Positions 25,940 through 35,950 of a DNA stretch of 47,953 nt are shown here, in pieces. Position numbers and translations under genes: made by a program. How positions within the stretch are numbered: the stretch's first letter is position 1; every line of letters begins with the position of its first letter. The notes below the pieces were generated by a model. That model searched no databases. It saw only the letters and a program-made list of their open reading frames with translations, and was not told the origin of the DNA. Origin of the DNA: an uncultured bacterium. GTDB lineage: Bacteria > Desulfobacterota > JADFVX01. The stretch covers positions 1 through 47,953 of the forward strand of contig CBDVDA010000003.1 in NCBI GenBank assembly GCA_965372635.1, given 5' to 3'.

Positions 25940-28900
25940 TCAAGGCATGTCCCCTTGTTTCATCTTCCTCACGTAAAAACCTATCGAAATAAAGATAGAT
26001 ATCAGAACAAGGCCGACTATAAGCTCGTCTCTCTTGTCTGACATAAAAGGATCGCATATGAGCATGCTGAAAAAGATAAAAACCGTAACAGCGGCAACAC
26101 CAAAAAACCACAGGAAGTACTCCCTGAATATTCGCCTCAGGTCACAGAACCATATAGCCAGGAGGGCATACAAGGCGAGCATAGCGGCCAACAGATCTAA
26201 AACAATTCTTAATGGCCACCTGTTTGGACAAACGAAATTGCAGTACCAGGGCGCCTTATCCAGCAATGCACTCTTCAAAAAATCGGCGTCCTGCGTCTCC
26301 TCAAATTCGTCAACAATAACCGTGTTTACGTAGGTTGATCCCTCCGCTTCACCGTCGGCAGCTTCTTCACCACCGCCGTCTCCGCCAGCGGCTTCACCAT
26401 CACCTTCACTACCGCCCTCAACAACAGGAACCGGCCATAGTCCGACGCCCCGGAAGTTATCCTCGAAGTAGATCAGATCGTTATGGAGTCGATCCTCTTC
26501 CCCCTCTCTGTATGCCGACGGGCTTATGACTGGAACGATCTTCCTCAAAAAATTCTTTCTTTGTATCCCCTTGAAGTCCTTTTCAACTGCCCTTCTCAAC
26601 TCTTTTTTCTTCTCCACAGAGGATTCTTCCATAAAAACGAGAAAAAGATCGACAATGTCTTTCTCTGCATATCCCACATCGTCAAACTCCATGGCTGGAA
26701 CGAGTTCTTTCAGATTATTTAAAGAATAGATATCCCCCTCCATTTCACTCATGGAGAGCATGACATTGAGGAAATAACCACCATCAGCGGCCTTCAGTTT
26801 CCTACTGAGCAATTCAATAAAACCGATAATGCTTGAAGAGATTTCTTTCTGCTCCTCTTTGTCGGCAGTGCTGAAATCGAAATATAAAGTAACACCGTCT
26901 CCCATAGCCGGAACGGAAGAAGTCCCCACCGATATATAGGGTTTGAACCTGTTGAGAAGAGAATTGTCCGCCTTGGCGTCAACTGAAGAAACAATATTGC
27001 CCGCCAGTTTATCGAGAAGCCTGTCATCGAACCGCTTCCAGAGTTTCCAATTATTATTGTAAATGACGAGGTCCACTTCAGTATTGTACTTACGGGCCGT
27101 GTTAAGAAAAGCGGCCCTTTCCTTTTCCCAATGCAATTTGGGCCAAAGGTTGCCCTTCTTATCGAAAGGGAGAGCAAAATAACCAACCCTGGTGAGCGCA
27201 CTGAAATCGAGAGTCTGCCCTTTGCCGGCCATCCAGAAAGGATAGAAACCGTAGATTACCCCACTCAAATCGCTCCGTGAGCATCCACAGTCGCCCCCGC
27301 TCCATTCAATCGGTTTGGCCTTAAAGTCCTTATACCTGTGCCTTTTCCTCGCCTGCATAATAATAAGCGAGGCATAGTGTTTATAATCACCTGTTGCTTC
27401 GTCAATCGACCTTTTTGCCGCCGCTTCTATTTCCTTTTTTTCAAAAAAAGTGCACTCACCAAGGCCGAGCAGCCCTTCCGTAATCTGATCAGGAACACCG
27501 CCATCGGCAATATTCGTAAAAAAGTCTTCCGTGAGACTGACAGAGGGAAGCTTTTCGATCTCTTTCAACACGATCGATTCATAGCGGGCCGTCAGTCCTT
27601 CTATTTTCAGCTTCAATGCATTCTTAAAAAGAGCCTTGTCAATATACTCCACATCTTTCAACTCCGGCAGCATGTCCAAAACGACTTCGGGAACGATCAT
27701 TTCCTTCAGTTCATTCTCAAGTTCGCTGACAGCCTGAACAGTCACTTCAAAAGTCTCCGACTCCTCTGAATATTTGAGGATATAGGGCCTGAATTTGACA
27801 AAAGCGGCGTAATGGTCTTTCGCCTTTTCAACGGCCTTCAACGCTTCTTTCTCCAGTTCCTTCCTGCTGTCAAAATCGAGTTCTTTGAGAGGAGTGAGAC
27901 TTCCGATGAGTTGTGCCGGGAGTTTTTTAAGCTCCAGTTCCTTGAAAAACTGTTCCGTTAATTTGTAGGCTGAAGATGTGGCCGCAGGCTTCAACGCCTC
28001 CACATGGTCGAAAATCATCGACTTCTCCTCGTCGGTGACTTTCCTGATTTTACTCTCCACAGCCAGTTCCAGCTTTTTCCTTTCCGGGTATTCCAGCCCC
28101 CTCAAAGGTTCGATCTGCTTCAGTACCGTAGGGGCGAGCTCTTCCACCTTCAGGTTGTTAAACGTCTTCTCCCCGAGTATATAGACGGAAGGCTGCCTTG
28201 CATGGTTCGCGATGAGTTGTCTTTCATCCTCTTTCAGGTAACCCGCCTTGAGACCCGTGGCATTATATAGCCTTGTTGTTGTGGAGAAACTCTCGTCCTG
28301 CACTTTCGCCAGATGGACCATTATCTTCTCCACCCTGTCAAACAAGAGAAACTTCGCTTTGTAATAGAGGGTCTTCATTCTTCCCGCGAAAGATTTGTCC
28401 CCCACATATTTCGCCGCCATTTCGGCACGCAGTTTTTCAAGTTCGTCCCTGGTCAATTTGAATTTTGTCACTTCTTCGGCATGACCGTTGATCTGCTTGA
28501 CGTATTCCTCGCATTTCTTATCATCGGTAAGCGTACCGGTCATCTCAGCCACAATGGCTGCAACCTTTTTTTCCAATGACCGTTTTTCCGTAAAGCCGAA
28601 GTCCTTGAGTTCTTGAAGGGCGTCGAGCAGAAAAGCGGGGACTTCGGCAAGCTTCATCTTCTTAAAAAACCGCTCATTCAGCATGAAAGAAGGCCCCTCT
28701 TCCATACCGGTCGTTGTCTTCACCCTTTTAGAGACCAACGCCTCATCCGCGTTGGTAACCCTTTGGAATTTCGCCTCCACCGCCTTATTAAGCGCCATCT
28801 TATCGGCATAAGGGATATCTTTAAGATCGACCAACTGTTTTATAATGTCGTCGGGCGTTCCTTTCGCCTTCAGTTTATTGAAAGTTTCTTCCGTCAGTTT

Positions 28901-29764
28901 GATTGCCCACGTCTCTTCCGACAGTTTAAGCACCTGATCCCTGAAGCGCTTGCTCAGTCCCTTATTGTCGGTTGCCTCCTTGATCTTCCCTTCAACGGCA
29001 TTGAGAAATTTGGTCTTGCTTTCATAGGGCTCGTCCTGCATTTTGCCTACCTGCTCGACAATCGCCTCGGAAACGAGAAGAGCCCTTAATTCATCGAGGT
29101 CTTTCCCGGTCAGCTTAAAGGAGATTTTATAGTCATCGGGATTTTCAAGACGGCTTTCAGGGAAAGGTGCATCGCCGTATTTCAAATCCTGCTTATACCT
29201 TTTGAAGAGAGATATAATCTGCCGGGGCGTGCCGGAACGCCTGATCTTATATATTTCTGTCCTTCGCTTTACAGGCTGCCGCTCTATCCACTCCCCGAAA
29301 CCGGGGTCAAGAATTATCTCCTTCCAGTTGGGATAAAGTTCGGCGATGGCGGCATAATGCAACAGGATGTCGGCATAATCGTTGGCCAGGTCTTTAGGCG
29401 TTTCGATTGTAAAATCGATGCAAAAACGGCGCATGGCGTCTCTCGTATTGGGGCCGATGAAACCGTCCACGCCTTCGGCGTCATAGCCGGTGACGTAGAG
29501 CGCCCTCTGCATCTCTTTTATCTTCGCTTTGCTAAAGGATTTATAGGTCTTTTTTTGCGACAGCAGTTTGCAAAGGGGCGTCGGTTTTTGATGGGACGAG
29601 GGGATTGAGGCGTAAGCCGCAGGAGGCATGATCAGAATAAATAAGAGCGCCGTCGCCAAAAGGCTAAGCTTTTTGCAGATATTTTGACTGTCTTGTTGAG
29701 CCTGTGGTCGCATAGTTTCCCACAAGCTGGCAGGTTCCTTATCTGCGTGGATCATTGGAGTCAT
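25940..29764 (-). CDS. Large membrane protein: peptidoglycan-binding domain, helical repeats, degenerate GH18-like barrel, C-terminal TMs
   Basis: MQRALYVTGYDAEGVDGFIGPNTRDAMRRF (PG_binding_1-like); repeated F.LTE..F..L....P......L..LKD units; YGFYPFW...DFSALTRVGYF; three C-terminal TMs. Start uncertain. Confidence 0.75.
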   Translation of the reverse strand: MTPMIHADKEPASLWETMRPQAQQDSQNICKKLSLLATALLFILIMPPAAYASIPSSHQKPTPLCKLLSQKKTYKSFSKAKIKEMQRALYVTGYDAEGVDGFIGPNTRDAMRRFCIDFTIETPKDLANDYADILLHYAAIAELYPNWKEIILDPGFGEWIERQPVKRRTEIYKIRRSGTPRQIISLFKRYKQDLKYGDAPFPESRLENPDDYKISFKLTGKDLDELRALLVSEAIVEQVGKMQDEPYESKTKFLNAVEGKIKEATDNKGLSKRFRDQVLKLSEETWAIKLTEETFNKLKAKGTPDDIIKQLVDLKDIPYADKMALNKAVEAKFQRVTNADEALVSKRVKTTTGMEEGPSFMLNERFFKKMKLAEVPAFLLDALQELKDFGFTEKRSLEKKVAAIVAEMTGTLTDDKKCEEYVKQINGHAEEVTKFKLTRDELEKLRAEMAAKYVGDKSFAGRMKTLYYKAKFLLFDRVEKIMVHLAKVQDESFSTTTRLYNATGLKAGYLKEDERQLIANHARQPSVYILGEKTFNNLKVEELAPTVLKQIEPLRGLEYPERKKLELAVESKIRKVTDEEKSMIFDHVEALKPAATSSAYKLTEQFFKELELKKLPAQLIGSLTPLKELDFDSRKELEKEALKAVEKAKDHYAAFVKFRPYILKYSEESETFEVTVQAVSELENELKEMIVPEVVLDMLPELKDVEYIDKALFKNALKLKIEGLTARYESIVLKEIEKLPSVSLTEDFFTNIADGGVPDQITEGLLGLGECTFFEKKEIEAAAKRSIDEATGDYKHYASLIIMQARKRHRYKDFKAKPIEWSGGDCGCSRSDLSGVIYGFYPFWMAGKGQTLDFSALTRVGYFALPFDKKGNLWPKLHWEKERAAFLNTARKYNTEVDLVIYNNNWKLWKRFDDRLLDKLAGNIVSSVDAKADNSLLNRFKPYISVGTSSVPAMGDGVTLYFDFSTADKEEQKEISSSIIGFIELLSRKLKAADGGYFLNVMLSMSEMEGDIYSLNNLKELVPAMEFDDVGYAEKDIVDLFLVFMEESSVEKKKELRRAVEKDFKGIQRKNFLRKIVPVISPSAYREGEEDRLHNDLIYFEDNFRGVGLWPVPVVEGGSEGDGEAAGGDGGGEEAADGEAEGSTYVNTVIVDEFEETQDADFLKSALLDKAPWYCNFVCPNRWPLRIVLDLLAAMLALYALLAIWFCDLRRIFREYFLWFFGVAAVTVFIFFSMLICDPFMSDKRDELIVGLVLISIFISIGFYVRKMKQGDMP

Positions 29765-29799
29765 ATTCTCTAATGCAGGTTAAATTTCTCTTATTTTTT

Positions 29800-30003
29800 A
29801 AGGGCAGACACGTGGGTCTGCCCCTACAAATATATTTGGTTCTTTATGTAGGGGCGCACCCATGTGTGCACCCTTTCTTTTCTTTTAACCAGGGCACGGC
29901 GGGCCGTGCCCCTACATTTTGCGTTTCACCCGGGCAGACACATGGGTCTGCCCCTACGATTTTTCTGACCCCTGACCCCTGACAACTGAAAACTGACAAC
30001 TGT
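29800..30003. repeat. GTAG-type REP cluster followed by CTGACAA/CTGAAAA heptamers
   Basis: Four GGGCA/C..GCCCCTAC palindromes; similar cluster at 38347-38546. Confidence 0.75.
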
Positions 30004-30008
30004 CTTTA

Positions 30009-31400
30009 TCATATCGTCTTCCCCTCTTTCCTCATTTCTTTCGAAACCCCTTTTTGAAGGTCTTCCAGGGATATCTTTTTCCGCCCATCTTTCAACGCCC
30101 GGATGGCGCCGTAACGGACCACGTTGGTAATAGCTCCGCCCGAGAGTTCGTGTTCTTCCGCCAGTTTGGGGAGTGAGACATCCTCCGCAAGAAGCGTATC
30201 GCCGTGCAGGTTCCCCTCCCAGAGCCTGAGGCGCTGGTCGGCGTCGGGCATGGGGAAGTAGACGAGGGACTGAAAGCGCCGTGAAAAAGCCTCGTCCATA
30301 TTCGCCTTCAGGTTCGTGGCAAGGATGACTACGCCGGGGAAGTCCTCCACCCGCTGCAGCAGGTAGGCCGTCTCCTGGTTGGCGTGGCGATCATTTGAGC
30401 TTGAGGTCTGCGTCCGCTTGCCGAAAAGGGCGTCCGCCTCGTCGAAGAAGAGAATCCAGTTTTTACTCTCCGCCTGGTCGAAGACGTTTGCCAGGTTCTT
30501 TTCCGTCTCACCGATATATTTTGAGACCACCATGGAGAGGTCGATGCGGTAAACGTCCACTCCCACATTATCACCGATGAGGGTAGCAGTGAGCGTTTTG
30601 CCCGTTCCCGGCGGGCCGTAAAAGAGGGCGCGGTATCCCGGCTTGATCGTCTTTTTCATGCCCCAGTCGTTCATGATGGTATGGGAATGTTCCAGCCAGC
30701 CGCTGATATGCTCCACCTCATCAAGCACATCGGGATCGAGGACAAGGTCTTGCCAACCGAGGTTGGTGGTGATCCGTTTGGCGGGGAAGTTGATGCTGAA
30801 GTCCGGCTTATGGGTTGCACCTGTTGTTAGCAGGTCTAAATATTCCGTGGAGAGCACTGGCGCGCCGCAAAAGTAGGGTTCCCCCCGCTCATGGTTTTCA
30901 ACTTTCAATATGCCTTCCCTTGCAAAGGGGTGGTCCTCGTCGAAGAGTTCCATCACCTCAAATCTCTTCGCCATGTCCGATCCTGCGATGATAAATGCCG
31001 CCGTCTCGCAGGTGGGGAGAAAACCACCGTGGGCCTTTCCCTTCCAGCCGCCGAACTCAGTGTAGCCCCGGTCGAGGTTATTGTTGCGGACAAAGAAGGT
31101 GTCCAGCATGTTTGGGCGGATGTGGGGGATGAGGGTGAGGATGAGTACGATCCGCTCGTCGAAGCCGAGGCTGAGGTTGTTTATTAAGCTGGCGTATTCG
31201 GAAGCATCGTTAGTGGAATCGGGCGGGTTGATCTCGCGGATATCATCAATGCCAGAGCCTTGCTCGAAGTAGAGGGCTACGCGGGTGTTTAGGACGCTTG
31301 AGAACCAGGCTACCTCCTTTTCAAGAGTAGCGGCGTTGGCGGCGCTCATGGGTAGGGCGGCTTCGTTGTTTGCCGGTTTTATATTTTTTAGTAGTTGCAT
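30009..31400 (-). CDS. eCIS AAA+ ATPase (Afp15/Pvc15-like)
   Basis: GPPGTGKT, DLSMVVSKYIGETEKNL, FFDEADALFGKRT and YLLQRVE motifs; eCIS context. Confidence 0.9.
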   Translation of the reverse strand: MQLLKNIKPANNEAALPMSAANAATLEKEVAWFSSVLNTRVALYFEQGSGIDDIREINPPDSTNDASEYASLINNLSLGFDERIVLILTLIPHIRPNMLDTFFVRNNNLDRGYTEFGGWKGKAHGGFLPTCETAAFIIAGSDMAKRFEVMELFDEDHPFAREGILKVENHERGEPYFCGAPVLSTEYLDLLTTGATHKPDFSINFPAKRITTNLGWQDLVLDPDVLDEVEHISGWLEHSHTIMNDWGMKKTIKPGYRALFYGPPGTGKTLTATLIGDNVGVDVYRIDLSMVVSKYIGETEKNLANVFDQAESKNWILFFDEADALFGKRTQTSSSNDRHANQETAYLLQRVEDFPGVVILATNLKANMDEAFSRRFQSLVYFPMPDADQRLRLWEGNLHGDTLLAEDVSLPKLAEEHELSGGAITNVVRYGAIRALKDGRKKISLEDLQKGVSKEMRKEGKTI

Positions 31401-31532
31401 TTTAATCAAATTTTTCGGTTGTCAGCAAAATCTTGTTCTTCTCGTTCTTTAACGATCTGAATAAACGCCTGCTTTAATGGCGTTTATTTGTTGATATATG
31501 CTTTTTATACAAAATATTTCAAGAAGAACAGT

Positions 31533-32039
31533 CTAAATATATCCTAAATAATAAAAAAGGAATATTTCATCCTTTGTCTCCAAAGCAAGAATCATTGGAT
31601 TATCACTGTTCATGAATTTATAGAATCGTTGCCCTATGCTGGGATCAAAGTCTAAACTCATACTTAGCGAGTCTAGAAATACTTGATATATGCCCCAATC
31701 GAAATAGTCATTAAACTCACTCAAGGTAATTTCATCAACTGTTATCCTAAGTTTCTCAAAATTTTCAATCTTTCTGTCTTCTTGTGGATGTGTTAATAAT
31801 GCAGTGACTTTGAAAAGGTCGTCTACTGAATAACCTGATTCTTTGCTAAAATGACTTATATAGAGTTCATCGTACATCCATGTTTCAACTTTATTATCAA
31901 ACTGGACTTCATTAGTTATAATAGAAGATTCTTGTATGTTCAGGAAATTACGGTTTAAACATAAAATCAACTCTTCTCCGGATTCTATATCCTTCGTGAT
32001 TCTAGTTGTATTTACCAGTTTCAATAGTTTGTTTAACAT
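31533..32039 (-). CDS. Acidic AT-rich hypothetical protein, candidate immunity protein for the EndoU toxin
   Basis: Directly downstream of the EndoU effector; similar AT-rich composition. Confidence 0.6.
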   Translation of the reverse strand: MLNKLLKLVNTTRITKDIESGEELILCLNRNFLNIQESSIITNEVQFDNKVETWMYDELYISHFSKESGYSVDDLFKVTALLTHPQEDRKIENFEKLRITVDEITLSEFNDYFDWGIYQVFLDSLSMSLDFDPSIGQRFYKFMNSDNPMILALETKDEIFLFYYLGYI

Positions 32040-32064
32040 CGCTATTATATTTTAACTTGTTTAA

Positions 32065-33495
32065 TTATTTTTTAGGTAAAGGAAAGACGGTATCTAGTTT
32101 TAAATTGCCAATCTTCCCTGTCAGTCTAACTTTAAATTCAATATTTCCGTCAGAGGAAATACCTCTATATCCTCTCTCATGCTCTTTATTTTTCGGATCA
32201 CTTAATATTCTAGACGTTTCTTGAAGAACACGTTCCATTGACCATGATCGAGGGAAGAATGTAGAAAAAGGTTTTTTCTGTACAAATTCCAATTCTCCAG
32301 GATTTCTTATTTTAATTTTTGCTTTTTGAATATCGTCAGGAGCCCAAAATGTAGTAAGAGTGGGGTTAGTAATTTCAACATTTCCTCCAGCAAGAATTTC
32401 TTGAATATGACCGCCAACGGCATTTCCACTACTATTAACCTCACCTGTAAGATGTACGGGTAGATGTGAAACACGAGTTTCTTTTAGCCAATCAAAATAA
32501 TTGTCTCGTTTGTCTAGTGGTACATACGCTTCTAAACCTTCTCCCCTGTGTCTGTAATCTTCGCCACCCAACTCAGCAGGTCTATCCCCCAGAGTATCAA
32601 CTGAATCCGACATCAAGTTAAACGTTTCGTCTCTTATAAATACTTTTTCATCTATAACAGTGTCTCCAATTTTAATTACTCTAAACCACCGATAGATATG
32701 CTCTTTCTGAGCATCCATGTCATGATGTAGTTCTTGATTAGGCCCTCTTCGAGATCTTAATTTATCACCAGCATCTATAATAATACCTGTTTTTGATTTA
32801 CTAACTTCCAGGTAATTGGATCCTTTAAAAATAGATTTAGATTTACCCGCTACTTCAATTAAGTGAGTTATTCCTGTGACTTCGATTGGTACATCTGGTT
32901 TTAATTGAAGTAAGGAATCGGATGTGGTAAATCTTGATTTGCTATCATAAGGGGAGATGGATTTTTTTTGTCTCGTATTTAACGCCTTCCCCCCCATAAC
33001 ATCGGCCTCCTTCTCCAACCCGGCATCATCGTTGATCTGAGTCCCTGCCATCTGCATAGTCGGCTGAACCCTCCCTTGCGCCTGCTGAGCCACATGCCAC
33101 CCCTCGTGGGCTAAATGTTTCTCCTGCCCGCTTGCAACATGGATGTCACTCCCTTGAGTAAAGGCATGGGCGTTCAGCTGCGCCGGTTCGGGGGAGTTGT
33201 AGTGGACCTTCACATGATCCATGGACATGCCGGATAGATTTTCTAATCCTGACTTGAGATTATCCGGCATACCCGTTTTATTTTCTTTAAGCTGGACAGG
33301 CGCGGCCTTCATCTGGGCCATCTGCTTCGCCTGCGGGGCGTTTCGCATCATATCGATCATCTTCCTCTGCGCTGCCGTCTCCGACCGGTTATCGACGAAG
33401 TTGAGCAGACCGCTGCCAACTTTCAGTTGCGCTGCGTTTTCCGCAACGGCGCGGCTTTGGGCCTGGTTGTTTTGGTTTTCTGTAGTTTTTTCCAT
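32065..33495 (-). CDS. DUF4157 effector with C-terminal bacterial EndoU-like RNase
   Basis: Leader plus DUF4157. C-terminal HLTGE....GGH...K..STFFPRSWS...YRG...DTVFP pattern. Confidence 0.85.
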   Translation of the reverse strand: MEKTTENQNNQAQSRAVAENAAQLKVGSGLLNFVDNRSETAAQRKMIDMMRNAPQAKQMAQMKAAPVQLKENKTGMPDNLKSGLENLSGMSMDHVKVHYNSPEPAQLNAHAFTQGSDIHVASGQEKHLAHEGWHVAQQAQGRVQPTMQMAGTQINDDAGLEKEADVMGGKALNTRQKKSISPYDSKSRFTTSDSLLQLKPDVPIEVTGITHLIEVAGKSKSIFKGSNYLEVSKSKTGIIIDAGDKLRSRRGPNQELHHDMDAQKEHIYRWFRVIKIGDTVIDEKVFIRDETFNLMSDSVDTLGDRPAELGGEDYRHRGEGLEAYVPLDKRDNYFDWLKETRVSHLPVHLTGEVNSSGNAVGGHIQEILAGGNVEITNPTLTTFWAPDDIQKAKIKIRNPGELEFVQKKPFSTFFPRSWSMERVLQETSRILSDPKNKEHERGYRGISSDGNIEFKVRLTGKIGNLKLDTVFPLPKK

Positions 33496-33636
33496 AAAAT
33501 AAAGCTGCCAGTTTGAAGCTTTCTTTTAAAACATCCGGCGCAATGCATTCTTTATTGCGCCCTACTTAGCTGTGGTTTGTTTCATAAAAAGTATGAAGTT
33601 ATCAGTGTACAGTTATCCGTAAAATCTTCTCCTTAT

Positions 33637-35850
33637 TCAATCTATGGTTTTATATCGTACACGTGTCCATAAGAAAGTTGCATTCTCTATTGGGTCATAG
33701 TCTGCGATAACTGTATACTCTCTATTCTCTATCACAAATGCCTCTGCAGCTCCCCAATAAAACTCGCCAGCCTCTTCGAGATTATTGAAATATGGTAATT
33801 CTGTATCAAATCCGCCGACATCTACCGTCCTCGTGTTTTTCTTTTTTTTCTTATTGAGCCGCTCTTTTTCTTCTGCAGCTGAAAGCCCCGGATTCTGCCA
33901 TGAATAACCCTTTTGTCCATAATTAAAACTCTTCCCTTTGTATTGATCTTTCCAGTGAGTTCTCAACTCTTCTTCTGACACGTCGGCGCCTGTTTCACTA
34001 CTTTCCTGTTGCATCCAACCCTCAATGGCATTTTGAAATGCAGACATGGTCGCATGATTAATGGAATGACTCACAAGAGTTCCCACAGACTCTAATTCAT
34101 GGGGCCTGATTTTATCAGTAAGTAATGTAAGTGGCATCTTGCGCAAATGATCAATATACCCTCTCCAGCGATGCATAACGTTCATCACCATAGCTGCATC
34201 TTCAGTCGCTTCGTCCTTAGAATTTGAGTCCATATATTTATAATAATTAATCCTGCCCATTTTAACCAATTTACTAACCATTTGATCAGCTTGTTTTTTA
34301 ACGGTTAAGTACTCTAATAATTCTTCTCTTAGTTTGGTATTAGTAAGTTCTTTAACATCCTGATACAGGCCATCGATATATCCACATTCTTCTTTTATTC
34401 GTTTTTCAGGATCACCGAGATAATATTTTTCCATATTAACCAACATCTCTCTTAATATTGGGCTGCCTTTTTTGGCAATCATCAAGCCGTTTTCCATGTC
34501 CCCGGTTTCTTCATGAAAGCCTGGCTGTACATCCATGCCGCCTAAAAATTCAACAGACGAAGGGTCATAATCCTCCGTACCCGGAGTAACACCGCCCACA
34601 TCCATATAAGCGCCGCCAAACTCGTGCAAGATACCAACCCTTAAAATATCTGATGCCACCTGGGGTCGTCCGGAAGTTGCCTCAGTTTCGGCAGCAGCGC
34701 CCAGACCCCCCCCTATTTTCAAGCTGGCAGTTGAAGCAACCTTAATCGTCAGGCCTGTGTCACCTATGGCGAGAGTCGCACAAATTGTAATTCCTCCGAG
34801 GTTTTCATTTGAAGCTTTCAACGTACTTTGTTGCATTGCCTTTTTATCCATCCACAAAACTACTTGCACCTTTCGCGCCTGACTCCATTCCGCCAGTCTC
34901 TCCCGAACGGCAGCAGGAATTGCACCACCCACCCAAACTGTATGTAAAAAAGGGGCGACTCCGCCCCCTTTTTCATTAAAATTATGGCTTTCAAAGGGGC
35001 TGGCCACTTTATCCCCAAGCAGCATATTTTTTGTGACAATAACAGGCGCCTTTTTTTTCCTAACCTCTATAGGACCAAAGGTGTCCATCAATGCCGCAAT
35101 ATTTGCATAATTATGAACAACTTTTTCATCTACGATAAGAGCCTGCACATGAGAAAATTTATCTGACAAGCCGGCAACACTAAAGTATTTACTGAAAAAA
35201 GTCATCAATGACTTCTCATCATAAGTCACTTCGTCATCTTCAAATTTTATTTTACGCTGACTAACAAAAGACTGGCCTAGGGCGTCAGGTTTAAACTTTT
35301 GGCCACGTTCCTCCAGCCTCTGTCCGACGGTCATCGCCTCTCCCCCCATAACATCGGCCTCCGTCTCCAACCCAACATCATCATTAATCTGAGTCCCGGC
35401 CATCTGCATAGTCGGCTGAACCCTGCCCTCAGCCTGCTGAGCCACATGCCACCCTTCATGAGGAAGATGTTTCTCCTGCCCACTTGCCACGTGGATGTCG
35501 CTCCCTTGAGTAAAGGCATGGGCGTTAAGCTGCGCCGGTTCGGGAGAGTTGTAGTGTACATTCACATGATCCATCGACATGCCGGAGAGATTTTCGAGGC
35601 CGGACTTCAAGTTATCTGGCATACCCGTTTTGTTCTCCTTACGCTGGGCAGGCTCGGCCTTCATCTGCGCTGCCGCTTTTACCTGCGGGGAGTTGCGCAT
35701 CATGTCAATCATTTTCCTCTGCGCCGCCGTTTCGGGCCGGTTGTCGATAAACTCCGGCGCAGAGTCGATTCCCTCTTTCCGCTGCGTCGCATTATCGGCT
35801 GCGGCCCTGCTCCCGGCCTGGTGGTTTTGGTTTTCTGTGGTTTTTTCCAT
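33637..35850 (-). CDS. DUF4157 effector with TcdA/TcdB-like glycosyltransferase domain
   Basis: Leader plus DUF4157; LHTVWVGG, SDILRVGILHEFGGAYMDV and ENGLMIAKKGS motifs. Confidence 0.82.
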   Translation of the reverse strand: MEKTTENQNHQAGSRAAADNATQRKEGIDSAPEFIDNRPETAAQRKMIDMMRNSPQVKAAAQMKAEPAQRKENKTGMPDNLKSGLENLSGMSMDHVNVHYNSPEPAQLNAHAFTQGSDIHVASGQEKHLPHEGWHVAQQAEGRVQPTMQMAGTQINDDVGLETEADVMGGEAMTVGQRLEERGQKFKPDALGQSFVSQRKIKFEDDEVTYDEKSLMTFFSKYFSVAGLSDKFSHVQALIVDEKVVHNYANIAALMDTFGPIEVRKKKAPVIVTKNMLLGDKVASPFESHNFNEKGGGVAPFLHTVWVGGAIPAAVRERLAEWSQARKVQVVLWMDKKAMQQSTLKASNENLGGITICATLAIGDTGLTIKVASTASLKIGGGLGAAAETEATSGRPQVASDILRVGILHEFGGAYMDVGGVTPGTEDYDPSSVEFLGGMDVQPGFHEETGDMENGLMIAKKGSPILREMLVNMEKYYLGDPEKRIKEECGYIDGLYQDVKELTNTKLREELLEYLTVKKQADQMVSKLVKMGRINYYKYMDSNSKDEATEDAAMVMNVMHRWRGYIDHLRKMPLTLLTDKIRPHELESVGTLVSHSINHATMSAFQNAIEGWMQQESSETGADVSEEELRTHWKDQYKGKSFNYGQKGYSWQNPGLSAAEEKERLNKKKKKNTRTVDVGGFDTELPYFNNLEEAGEFYWGAAEAFVIENREYTVIADYDPIENATFLWTRVRYKTID

Positions 35851-35950
35851 AATAATATTGCTTGTGTTCTGTTGTAAGGGCACAGTTTTTTATAAATGCA
35901 TAAACCCTTTATGATTTTCCTCTTAACGTTATTTAGAATTTAGAGTATTG

